64,000 bases of DNA from Balanoglossus misakiensis (lineage: Eukaryota > Animalia > Hemichordata). A program made the position numbers and the translations under genes. Positions 37,311-49,000 of the stretch are shown here, piece by piece. The stretch lies in contig CM082597.2 in assembly GCA_040954595.2 (NCBI GenBank), positions 4,531,244-4,595,243 of the forward strand, read 5' to 3'. The notes under the pieces were generated by a model. The model was not told where the DNA came from and made no database searches. It worked only from the letters and a program-made list of their open reading frames with translations. Position 1 is the stretch's first letter; the number at the start of each line of letters is the position of its first letter.

Positions 37311-40300
37311 ATAAATGAGGTAATCGGGTCTCTTAAAAAGAAAAAAGGCAAATTTAATGGCGAGTGCAGAGACATCAGTATGTACACCCTGGTAGATAGT
37401 GGAAAATGTCCTATCACATCAATTTATGGTTGCAGACAAATCTGAATCTGATATAAGATAAAGGGGAAATGAACTGGATGGATTCAGTGAGACATTTAGG
37501 TATTCGAGTAATGGGCCAGGACACAGGTAAAGAAAGTTGGTTGAGAAATGTCAATGGATGGGCTTCTTAATGATTGAATATATACACAAGCATAGGTAGG
37601 CATAAAAGTAAGTTGGATGGATGAGTATGTTGGATATGTATGTTCAACTTGGACATGTACGCCACGTAAACAGTTTGGATAAGTGATTTGGTCGGTGGGT
37701 TGTTCTTTTGATGTGTGTGTATGTATACTGTGTAACTAGTGTGGTGACTGGTTGGGAAGGGGGAGAGAGCCTGAGGGAGGTTGACAAGAAAGTGGGTATA
37801 GGTAAGTAAGCAGGTATGCAACTAGGTATGGGTATGGAGGTAGCTTGTGTAGAAAGGTATACACATGTTTATGGAAACGTAGGGTTTGAAATAACCAGGT
37901 GTAAGACTTCACTAAGTTTCACACAAGATGTTGTCCAATCTAATACAGGACATCCCATACTCGGGAACGAACAAATCACATCTTCAAGTTAGAGGGTATT
38001 GGTTGAGGTTTGGTCTGAGTTTAGTTTAAATTTAAAATATAATATTGCATTATTTTCCTCAAATATGAACACAATTTTGGAAGCATACACTTTGAGGAAG
38101 GTCTTCTTTGATATATAAAACTTTCTGCACGTCTGGATCATGGTATTAGCTGGCTCCATTTTAGTAATTAATTAACGGTAAGGTTTTAAGGAAAGGTTTG
38201 CCGAAATCGTTTCTTACGTACACAGACAATGCATTTAAATGCATTAGTTAGCTGAGAAAAAAATCTCCATATTTTTGTGTAGAATAGCACATGTTTCATG
38301 TACTACAGAAAAGTATGATGTCCCGTCATGGAATTTTCAACTAAACAACAAGGTCCCCTGAGGAATACAAACTTTTTCCCTGGAACCCCTGAATTTCACG
38401 ACAGTTTGTCCGTAGAATTTATTGTTATGGTGTCTATACGTACACACTGAACCTTTTAAAGTAATATCAAAATCTGTATTCGTATTTTCCTCTCCTAACA
38501 TGACATATTTCTCTGAAATGGTTTACAGGCAACCAGTATTATATTTAAGCTCTCACAAATTTCCTGTAACAATATTAATACATCACACCATATCCTAAGT
38601 TCCTCTATGCTTGATACCCATTGTCTTTTCAAGTATTAATATACCCCAGTGAGAACAGTTAAGAATTTGGTCAAATCTGATGTGACACGGTGGATGCTTC
38701 GTGTTGTACAATAGTGTGATATTTACTTCAAACGAACCCACAAAAAACTTGTGCCGATAGGTCAATGACAACGAAAAAATAAAAACCTACTACCATCATC
38801 CTCGGATAAAAGTTGTGGGAACATCGCTAAGACTTCCATAATGAATTTGCCTGTTTTGCGTATCTTCAACTATTTGATAAGAAGCCACCACCAGCAACAA
38901 CAACAAAAACATAATTCAACACAATTATTTTATGTTTTAGTATATAACTTGTGCACCTTACCAAACGTGAGAATTTCCCTTGAAATCCAAATGATCACTT
39001 TTGATAACGTGCGCTTGTTCATGTCATTGGGATTTTTATAATGTCTGACCGGAAACCATTGTTTTGAAATGTAGTTATTTATTACCTAATATGTGGTACA
39101 GAACACCACAAATCTATACACAGTATAGATTTTAACTGCAGTAGATTCACAAAATAAAAATACTTATAAAGTTGATAAGTTACGGTTAATGGAACTTTAA
39201 GCTGGACGTTGCATACGTTTACGGTTAAGATTATATTAAAAGATGCTTTCGGTCAGGAAGGACTATGCAGATTGTGTCGAGTCCGCGGGCAGCGGACTGC
39301 GAAGTGGAAAAAAGCGAAAATTACAGCAACAAGCGAGCTCATTGTAACGCCAGACAGATGATTTACCAAATACTAACTATAACATCGGGGTCATGTCCTG
39401 TCTGTCTGGCGCAGCTATCCTACTGGCACGGTTTCAAATTTGTACGGCTATCTTTGAACAAAACCAGCACATTGACAGCAAGAGGTTACGTGACCGGGTA
39501 GCCAGAGAAGTGATTGTCTGCGTTGTGCTTTTTACACGTCTAGTGTATCGGCAGATATTTGTAGTTCGAAACAGCGAATCACCATACAGCGTAGTGGCTT
39601 TGATTTCAATTAATAATTGGAGTTGGATAGTATGTAGACAGACCATTTTGTACGAGACATCGTTCAGTTTGGTAAATGCCTTTGCAAAGTCAGTGTTCGT
39701 ACATGGCATTTGATTGTTCTTCTTCTAATATTAAGACAGATCTGTCGGAAATATTTTAGTATTGAGGCACTGATATTTCCGTTGCCCAGAAAAAGGCACA
39801 ATCGACATAATTGGTACAATCGACAAAATCCCCATTTATTGTGTATGATTGATTGTGTACTTCAATTCAAGTGTTTTCAGGGACAACTATATTTTAATGA
39901 TCAATTTTAGATCAGCCGATCTCGAAATGTTAAGAGGACCTGTGACACAGACAAAGTCGTTTATTAAGGTGGTACCGGACAATACAGAGTATTTATTGAC
40001 ATGATTTACAAAGCATCGGCCTGCTGTGAAATACATGAAAGTACATACATTTACGGGTATTGTTATCTCCTCAATCTGTCTTTTGCGTTTATTTTGGTCG
40101 TATACAGTACTTCTTCACAATCTTACACTTTATGGAGACCGACAATACTAGGCCGCAGAAATTCAAAATGTTTTGTGTCGATTATATTGACAAACAGTTC
40201 TGATTGTGTTTACACACAGTGAAATAATGTAAATGCCTGCTCTTTACATTTTTATTGATGTGAGATTCACACAATGATGTCACAAATAACAGGGCTTGCA

Positions 40301-40749
40301 GTGTTTAGTAGGCAAACAATCTTGGTGTGTTATTATCAAGTAAATTGGTGTCTTGATTCAGTCTATATATCGCAGACTATCAACAGAGATATTGCGAGGA
40401 TGGCTTGTACGCCAAAAATCACATGGAAGCATGCACTATAATAATAGTTAACAAAGCTTCTGTCCTGCGCTAGTTTATGTCCAATGTTTGATCGAGAACT
40501 TCCCAGCAAAGTTTGCTGTGCTAGTGTAAGCTGATTTCTCATTGGGCGGATGCCGACCGGCATTTCCCGGCCAAATCACATTATGCCAAAACTTATTTGC
40601 CTTGGCTACGATGGAAAACCTAGAGCGAGTTCGCCCAGGTAATTCAAGGAATTCTGTGTGGGTCTGTATTTTTTTTCTCAACGGCAGTATCGTGCAATGG
40701 CATACGAAGGATTGTATAGTCGTCAACGGGTGTTTTTGATGGGATAATA

Positions 40750-43320
40750 CATCTTATTCAGAACACCAACACGCAAATACTAGTAGATAATGTCCATGTT
40801 ATGTCTATGTCTGAGTGATCTGGCGTGTATTCTGGTGGGAACGGCTGGCAGCGGGGATAGGTGGGTGGGTAAACGACGGACTACATTTCACGTGGAATTT
40901 TTGCATCGAGAAAACACGTGGTGCAGTGCAGCGCCTGGTTGTCTTCTTCACCGGCGCTGCTTTAATTAAATTCATCCGCCAAAAAGAAGAAGACGGCTGC
41001 ACACAACAAGAATACAATACACCCAACAAAAAAGACTTCAACAATGTAGCCATTTGCCGAGTCAGAACAGACGACAAGGCGAATTCGTCTATTGACCACA
41101 CGTTCCTTTCAGAATTCTCATAGTTACACATGAAGCCAAAAGTTGCATTCAAAATGTGTTACTTGCAGTTCTGGGGACAAAAAACTCAAAGAAGCTGCAG
41201 ACGTTTCGGTGGTCGTTCAGAACGATGGCGGTCGCTATTTGAAAACATAACACGTACACATTGGTCGAGTACATGCCGTCGATAAATTGCGACAGACACG
41301 AAAAATGCCAATATTGGCGGAGAAGAAACATTGAAAGAAATAGCGAGAGGGGGCAATAGGGAATTGGTGTTCATAAGATTGTTCGCCGTGTATTAAATAA
41401 CTCTAAATTCGTACAGTAGTCTCCCCGATCTTTAGATTCAATATATTCTCGTTGATCCAGATTTCTAGCTTTGGTTTAACTAATATTATTAATTCACTAA
41501 GCCAGTCACATTAATGCCATGTGTTTTCCCCATTTCCAATGTTATACTGTCAATCCTTGTAATCCAGAATAAGTATCGTCCGCTTTGTAGAAACCATCAG
41601 TGATTGACACCACGGGGCGACAACCGTCTATCAATCCATGCATTATCACATTTTGTTCTGAAAATCATATCCCCAATGTTACATGAGAAGAGTGACATTA
41701 AATTGCAGGTGTCAATGCATGAAACTGAAATCTGGATTCTGCAGAGCTGGCGTAACATTAGGCTTATATCCGGGGGCTTCACATGTCAGGACAAACATGT
41801 TTCTGTTTTCGTGTTGCTCAACATTTTTCAACATTTTTAATGTTGATCAGATTTCTTCTTTCTCTTGGTCAGTTCAAATGTATAGTAAGTAGGCGATGCG
41901 ATGAACGACTATTTTTGGGTGTCCGGTCCTAAATGAAGTAGAATATTCCCGCCTTAAATCCAGCATTGTCATTGCTGTGAACGATTTTCTCGGCAGGACA
42001 CTAAGCTTAGTAACGACGAGCCGCATATGATCATGGCTCAAACTACTAGTATACACAGCTGTACCATACCACAAGTTCAACAACGACTTTTTTTGAGAAA
42101 AAAAATCGACTACCTTGCTATTGGCATAGTCGTGGCTGAACTCCATCGCACGAAGTAACTGAGATTCGAAAGGCTTGCTCAGAAAAGATTTTGGCAACCT
42201 CAAAATTAAGTGGATACTGATACAGTTGCCCAGAACTTAACAGCCCATCAATAAATCCGCAAAACTGGAGTTGTAAAAAACCGAGTTCTGACGCAACAAC
42301 AGTGTTCAGTCTGTTTTATGCTGTGTCATGAACTCCAATATTTTCTGATAACAAGGATTCTTGCTTCCCTGTGGCAAATACGTGTTTTCATTTAAGAATA
42401 GTGGTTACAAACACCAACATACTTCATCTCAAAATGAGCTACAGCTGCCAATCTACAGAATGCGTAATTTAGAAAAATAAATGGCGACATACCTGCAATA
42501 CTGAATATTTGTGATTTATAGAACAAATTTTGTTTCAAGAGAAATTTGTTGTGCAGTCAACACAAACACCTTTCAGCCCACAAATCGTTTTCCCTCACAA
42601 AAATATCAGCGTCGAACAAAATACAGAGGATCGTTGAGGTGATCAGAGAACTTCTCGAACAATTTGTACGTTGATTTACGTAAAACTAGAGGAGAATATA
42701 TATACCGCGAGGTTACAAATTCACAGTACATGCAACGCTTTGACAATATGGTAGGCCTATACCGCCATTTTGTTTGCAGGGAAGTTTTCTTCTGCTTACT
42801 ACACACTACTTCTAATCACGTGGCCTTTTCTATCAGATTTTAGTTGGCCGAAGTGATGGTGTTAGAAGCTATGTGTTTGAAATAAAATAATGTTAATTGC
42901 CCTCATATTGGCTTATATAATATAATTGTATTTAGGTGCTTTCAATGTGATGTTGGGTTATGTATAGACATAAGCTTATAGTATATTTGAACTGCCAATA
43001 TTATATGGGAAATTCTCCTCCCATGATATAAATCAACCGCTGGTATTTACCTGATTAGGCATCAAGAAAAAATTGAGGAGGCTGCTATAACTTCGTGTCC
43101 ACACTTACCTCGAGAGACCTGAAAAATAGCTGGAAAGTGGTGTCAACAAGTGGCGACCAGATTTTGTGACGTAAGGCCGTCTGCAAGGTAAAAGTACTGG
43201 GTCAAAGACCTGCGTTGCGCAGCACACTAAACCTAGCGGCAGAAAGCAGCTCCACTCCGAGCAGACGCTGTTATACCGGTCATTGCTGGAAATCATAACT
43301 TATGTTATAAATTATTTTTT
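40750..43320 (+). pseudogene. SF1 helicase (UL5-like helicase-primase subunit) pseudogene
   Basis: Motif I ILVGTAGSG (40829-40855; cf. LISGNAGSGKS). Ia TRGAVQRLVVFFTGAAL (from 40914; cf. TRIAAQNMYAKLSGAFL). II LPDL..YILVD (41421-41456; cf. LPAFTRSNVIVIDE). IV LNCRC...TLGL (from 41698; cf. NNKRC...EYGL). V VT*GRLQGKS (43166-43195; cf. MTITRSQGLS). The motif I-to-V distance is UL5-like. Confidence 0.8.
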
Positions 43321-43399
43321 GAAAGAAAACTAGACATTGACAGATATATTTGACATCTATACCAAATTTCCAGTCACACTGTTTCGTCAGTACCGAAGT

Positions 43400-44330
43400 G
43401 CGCTGAACTCGCTCTGGTGAGCTTTGTTGGTTCTTTCAGCAGAGACCCGAACAAAGACAAAGGCAAGAATTATGTAATCTTTGACGGTTCACTGTGTACT
43501 GGCATCTTCGCCTGCCAAGGTCTCTGAACTTTGTCGAGCCAACGGCCCGAGCGAGCCAGCGGTGTGTGTACAGGGTGTTCAGAGACGAACGGCCGTCAGT
43601 GATACATACACAACGGCCGGGACCCATTAGATATCTACCGTTAATTCTACGTTGGTCCAGTGTCAGGCAACGTATAATTCTCAGCATATATTTCTTCTCG
43701 GTTACGGCCTTCGAGTGTAATCATGCGGTTATCCCCTGCGCAACTATACATGTATTCCAACATGTGTAACAAGCCTATGATAGCTCTATTGGGTAAACTC
43801 TGCGGTTAGAAAGAATTCGAACTTTATTGGACCAAGACCAAGCTCCTGTTTCTCACGCACTTTGGACAACTCAGCACAATGATAAAGCAATCAAATGTTA
43901 GAAAAAGACATGTGAAATGCCCAACGTCTGCTTGCAGATACAATACGTCCGGCATAATCCGTAACCGGTTAAACGTTTGAGAGCTACATGCAATAATCCG
44001 TTTAACCTCACCAAATAAATGTTTGTTTTCTTCTGCAAAAATACTGAAACATTTAAATAGCATACTGCATATTTTTCGGCGGTAGGTGACTTAAAATGAC
44101 CGCATATTTATCGAATGGGACATTATAAAACATCGCGAAATGTTTTTCAGTGCAGCAAACAAGAACGGACTTTATAGACCTGAGTTTAGTTGCTGTGGTC
44201 CGAAGGAAGCCATACTTGTATTTCGCTGACGATTCGCGAAAGTGGACCATTTCCACGGTCACATAACAGAGTGCCCATGATTTGTCCAGATGTGCGCAAA
44301 TAAGATTTCTTTTTATCATACCGTTTTACA
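43400..44330 (-). pseudogene. Putative tegument protein (UL7/UL103-like) remnant
   Basis: F*PQSLPNRAIIGLLHMLE (43811-43755, -) aligns without gaps to the UL7-family FRPxxxxxFxLCxLLxxLE motif. Confidence 0.45.
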
Positions 44331-45779
44331 ATCTTTAGTCGCTCTATTCCCCGAGGAGTTTCCGTTTATCGACACAGCTATTCTACATAGCCCAGTCACC
44401 ATATAGTATATGTGTCTCCAAGATATACTGAAATTTAGGTTTCGTTCACAAGTTTTTGAGTTTGAAGACAGTCAAGTTCCCTATGAGAATACAAGTAAAC
44501 TCAAAATATGTGCATGGTTGTAAGTTTCAAAGTTGCTTTATTTTCACCAAGGTTTGCACCAAACAGTTTTAGATTTCACGCGCCATATTATCCTAGTTCT
44601 TCTCTGTATCTTTATCTACATTGTATATAACATTTCTCCTCCCATGATAAAATAATGAATACCATGCGAATGACATTTAGTTTTTGTCATAAATATTTAA
44701 ACAAATCACTTATTTTCCTGGTTTACGTCCATTCTCGATTTCCCCTGTCGGTCATAGGACGGATGCTCCGATCGAAAATTGAAGATCCAGTTATCAGGAA
44801 TAGATACTAGTCTTAATCCATTCGATCTTACTGTGGTGTGATAGTTCCATAAAACCCTTTTAGCACCTTAAAAGGGCAATGATTGCCCATAGCTATAATT
44901 ATCATCTCTTTTTCACATCAGATTCTCTATATACGTTGATCGAGACTTTCTGAGTCTGATATACAATGAACAGAAAAAGAAGTGTGTGATTTAGTATATG
45001 TGTATGTAAAGTATTTTAGATTCGTACAAAGCAAGTGGGGGACTGATCTAGCTAGTTGGTGTTTGTCGTATGCATGTCTGAAGGGAGGAATGAGAGGCGA
45101 CTGTTTTCAGTGTCGATACACTCGCTCAGGGTACTGTGGCCATATTCTTATTTACATAGAATATACCTGGACACAGGGTCCTATCGACACAAATGTCATT
45201 GCAACAGTTGGAAGTACACTCGGTCCAGTGTTATTGTAAAAAAGACAACGGCCATGAGCAATGCCAAGCAAAGAAAGTTTTGAAGACAGCCTACATCTGG
45301 GGCGGCTTGTACGTCATGATGGATCAACAAAAAAGTATGTGGCATGTTTTGCCAGATCAATAGGCATGTAACAGGAAACAATCATGGCACTGAATACATG
45401 TACAGGAAAATCAGCCCATCAAGAACAATTCAACTTGTTGAGTTCCAAAGGTTTTGCCTCATACACCCAGAAACAGATAATGCCAAAGCTGATAAGATTT
45501 GCTCAGATTTGACCGTTGATAGGATGTGATCGGAACGAAGCCAAAACAACAGTTTAAGCAGCGAAAGCTCATTACAACAACCCCACGAATTACCCCAAAA
45601 ATGACATTTGTTGAAAGAAGTAAAGGGTTTCAAGTTTAAAACTTTTTCTCTTGTCACGGTCTATAAATCTAACCGGGTGATGAACTGTACATGTCAGGAT
45701 AACATATTTGCAGCAAAGCAGATTTTATATTTACAAAAAAAACGAACTCTGACGACGTAACGACTGCGCAGAATGTTTG

Positions 45780-46080
45780 TGTGTATTAATTGACCATAAT
45801 TTGCATAACAAAAGCTGCTAACTTGGCCAATGAACGACGTCTCCTGGGTGCGCCATCGCTGCCGCATCACTGTACTGAAAATCACGCCGCCACGCCGCTG
45901 GAAAACTGTAATTTTCGTCACATTTGAGGGAACATTTGCGATACAAATAGAACTCCATAGCCTCTGCACACAAACTTTGCCGTACAGAAGTTGTCATCAC
46001 GAGTGAGGCAGAGTATCCTGCTGCTGATCGCTGCCCTTAAAGTACTGTTCAGAATACACCTCATCACTTGCATATACTCT
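45780..46080 (+). repeat. Dispersed host repeat, diverged copy related to ~63655-63890
   Basis: Shared blocks ttgcataaca...ttggccaat, tgccgcatcac...tgtactgaaaatca and agaatacacc.catcacttg occur at both sites. Confidence 0.65.
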
Positions 46081-49000
46081 AAGAAAAAGTGTTCTCACTG
46101 AAGTTGTATAAAATAAAAAAGAAAGAACATTGCTAGGCTGTATAATCTGGTGGGGACCATGAAAATAGTCGAATGTATTGTAAACACCTTGATTTTTCGG
46201 TTTAGTAACTATTGTGAATGTTAGATCCCATGACAACATTATCTGAGTGTCTCTCTCTCTCTCCCCTCTCTCCCTCCCCCCTCTCTCTCTGATTGTTCGA
46301 AAGGAAGTTATGGCTACTTCCCATGTGACTTGCACAATTTTAATTCTCTGTCCCACACGCCTAACTCAAACGACCCTTCCACACCAGAATCTGGCATGGG
46401 TTTTCTGATACAACGATTTGTTCTGTACTTTAAATATGTTGCCAATTTCTTCTGTTGCACCCGGTCCATAGTTCCTCTGGGGTATTAAACAACGCCCGAT
46501 CTCGAGATTTATTATTCAAAATGTCATAGTAATAAATGAAAACTTACCAAATCCCGGACTTTGTAGCTTGCGGTGGGTTGGGATAATTCCTTCATTTCAA
46601 CGACAGAGCATTCACATAGGTCTTGTTCCGACCTTTCACGAAAAATGGTAAACTACCAGTAGTAAGATTTTAAACATTCAATTTAATCACATGTACAAAA
46701 AGTATGAAAAGGTGATGTCAGTTATCTTATCCAGGGTTGAATAATTCATTTCCCCAATGGTCCACGATTGTATACCCATTGATATATGTCAGTCTTCCAT
46801 AAAATTACATGATATGAATACAGCATTATTTTGCTATTTACATGTATACGCTGGAGTGCTTCGTTTAATAAGTCTTTATATCAATGCTAAAATGAAGCAA
46901 CAATGCGAATAGTTATTAAGAAGTCATACATGTGGATATCCATTTTTTTTCAAATGACAGATTACCTTGCATATTTCTTGTGCACGCTAAACTTTTAGAT
47001 AATCCAATTTTTTGATCTCGTAAACAGCCTCGAAAATGCTCAGGATCACTGAGCATTTTCAGACCCGGACCACCGAAATAGTCACAGGTCCTGCTTTGCA
47101 TGTCATACAGAAATGCAGTGCATATAAAGTGAAGTAGAAGACAGGCAGACAGAAAACAACAACAACAAACAATCAAATGAACGGAGAGAGAACAGACAGA
47201 CTAACGTACAGACAGACGGACGGATGGGCAAGAAGGCTTGACCTGTTTTACAAAAAACTACCAAAGGTACCCCTCCTGGGGCAAGCACTTTAAGACAGTG
47301 TTAAACCTCAAGTATTACCAGATTACGGACTGGGGTGAAATCACCTAGTGATGACAGCAGCAGCAGACAGCATATTTTAATGGATATCATATTCACCGAA
47401 TTGCTTCTTACGATTGTGGAATTATCGACAGAGATGCATGACTGATGATGAACTCTTTGTAAGCTTCAAACAAAATCATCTGCATGACATGCATAAATAC
47501 CTATGCACTCACACTAGCATTATCTCCTTACATATATAAACAACACACAAGACGAAAATGGAGTAGTAGATCAATTAAAATCCGAGTTACATACTTTTGT
47601 CACCTTACAAGGCACAACTTCTTGGTGATAGGGTATGTGCAATTGTAAAAAAAATACTTAAACGAAGGAAGACAAAATGAGTAGTATACCAACCTTGTCC
47701 AGATGTTTAGTTAACATTGCTTGTCCCGTCTACACGTAAGCCCAGTGAATCGCCCAACTGTAGCCAGACACCTGCCTTTAATTCGTGTCGAAGTTGATTC
47801 TGCCAAAGTTCCGGTGGCATCTGATCTGCCAATCACAGTGTCATCGTCCGCGATTACTGTTGGAACACGAAATTTGAATTCAAGCCCGGACTGCTCTTCA
47901 TTTGTCAAGAATACAAAGAAATACACGTGGTAATGTTGGCAAGCACAATGATGCGTATGTCTTCATTTTGCAGGGAGAACAGGAAACTGGATTCGAGACA
48001 CAGAACAGAATGACGAAAATAGCTAAAGCGAAACCGGCAGAAATAAACTTTTTCTATGATTAGAAAACCAGATGATGAAACAAAACAAAAAAAAACAACT
48101 AAAAGATATCCAAATCATTATAGCAAAATTACAAAAACAATACACTGGCATCTATCAGACAGTAGAAATACACGACAGAAGGCCAGAAAATGGCATGCCA
48201 CGTCTTGGTCCTGTATATCATATATAACTTAACTTTCATTATGAAAAGAAGTCATCCTATCACCACATTTTGCGTGAAACAAGTGTTCGTCAACACCAGC
48301 AATACAAGAATAGATTGGGTATAGTACTGCATTAATGATGACTAGAAATACATAGAGATACCATGATTATTTCGGATACGTTCTTACCACCATATTTTAT
48401 AAACAATTCAGTTTTTACACACGTCAAAACTCAGCTACTTATTTAAGGGGACCCTATTTGTGGTCGTTGAAACGACGTTATGCATTATTCTGCATATGGA
48501 TATCGAGGAAACGACTTTCAATCATTATTCCTTCCTCATTCCATTTTCCATACTTTTAACAGGGAGGGTTTGGGGAGAGGGAGAGAATAACTAATCTCAC
48601 AAAACTGACAGAAAGGCGAATGGCCAATTTGAATGTAAAATCAGACTTTTTCAAGTTAAAAAAACAATTGAGTTTAAAATGTGTTAACAGCCAAACAAAT
48701 CCACCATTTCTAGGAAACGAGTTAGAATTATTTCTTTTGAGTATGTCATGTTCTTGTTTCTTCTCGTACAAAATTCGTTTACTTATCATTGTGATCAGAA
48801 TCGCACTTTATACTGTAGGCCACGTATGAAGCAAGTTGTTGCTTATAAGGGTGCGCCCCTTTTACTTATAAAATGAGTTTCAGATGATGAGGAGGATGCC
48901 GCATCTAAAACCCTAACCCTAATTACATGTTTACTTGCTCCAGCCAGGGCATACAGCTGAAGTTTATGACTTCATCGTGCTATGTCGTGAGTCTAGTCCA

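Larger units (their letters stand above)
1..44330. mobile_element. Degraded endogenous herpesvirus-like element (EVE). It probably continues off the left edge; the right boundary is approximate (44.3-45.7 kb).
   Basis: Densely packed, intronless reading frames broken by stops and frameshifts. They carry ordered motifs of about a dozen herpesvirus core proteins (see individual features). Inferred starts sit in aaaATGGC context at 6407(-), 14323(-), 16541(-), 27222(+) and 32335(+). The region is interrupted by microsatellites and repeats and adjoins intron-containing host genes. Confidence 0.85.

Noticed and set aside
38800-38840. GTSLRLP resembling the primase SLRLP motif
   Set aside because: The motif is isolated. 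A better-supported primase with motif I and a zinc finger is at 28450-30900.
39434-39709. Minus-strand QLQLLIEIKATTLYG...TITSLATRSRNLLL resembling PolB region III
   Set aside because: There is no convincing region II or region I at the right spacing. The real polymerase with all motifs is at 18350-23450.
41874-42203. 109-aa minus-strand ORF
   Set aside because: It is an antisense shadow of the UL5-like helicase on the + strand.
48908-48922. CCCTAACCCTAA telomere-like motif (and GGGTTAGGG near 23120)
   Set aside because: Only about two units, which is expected by chance and is not an integration-associated telomeric array.
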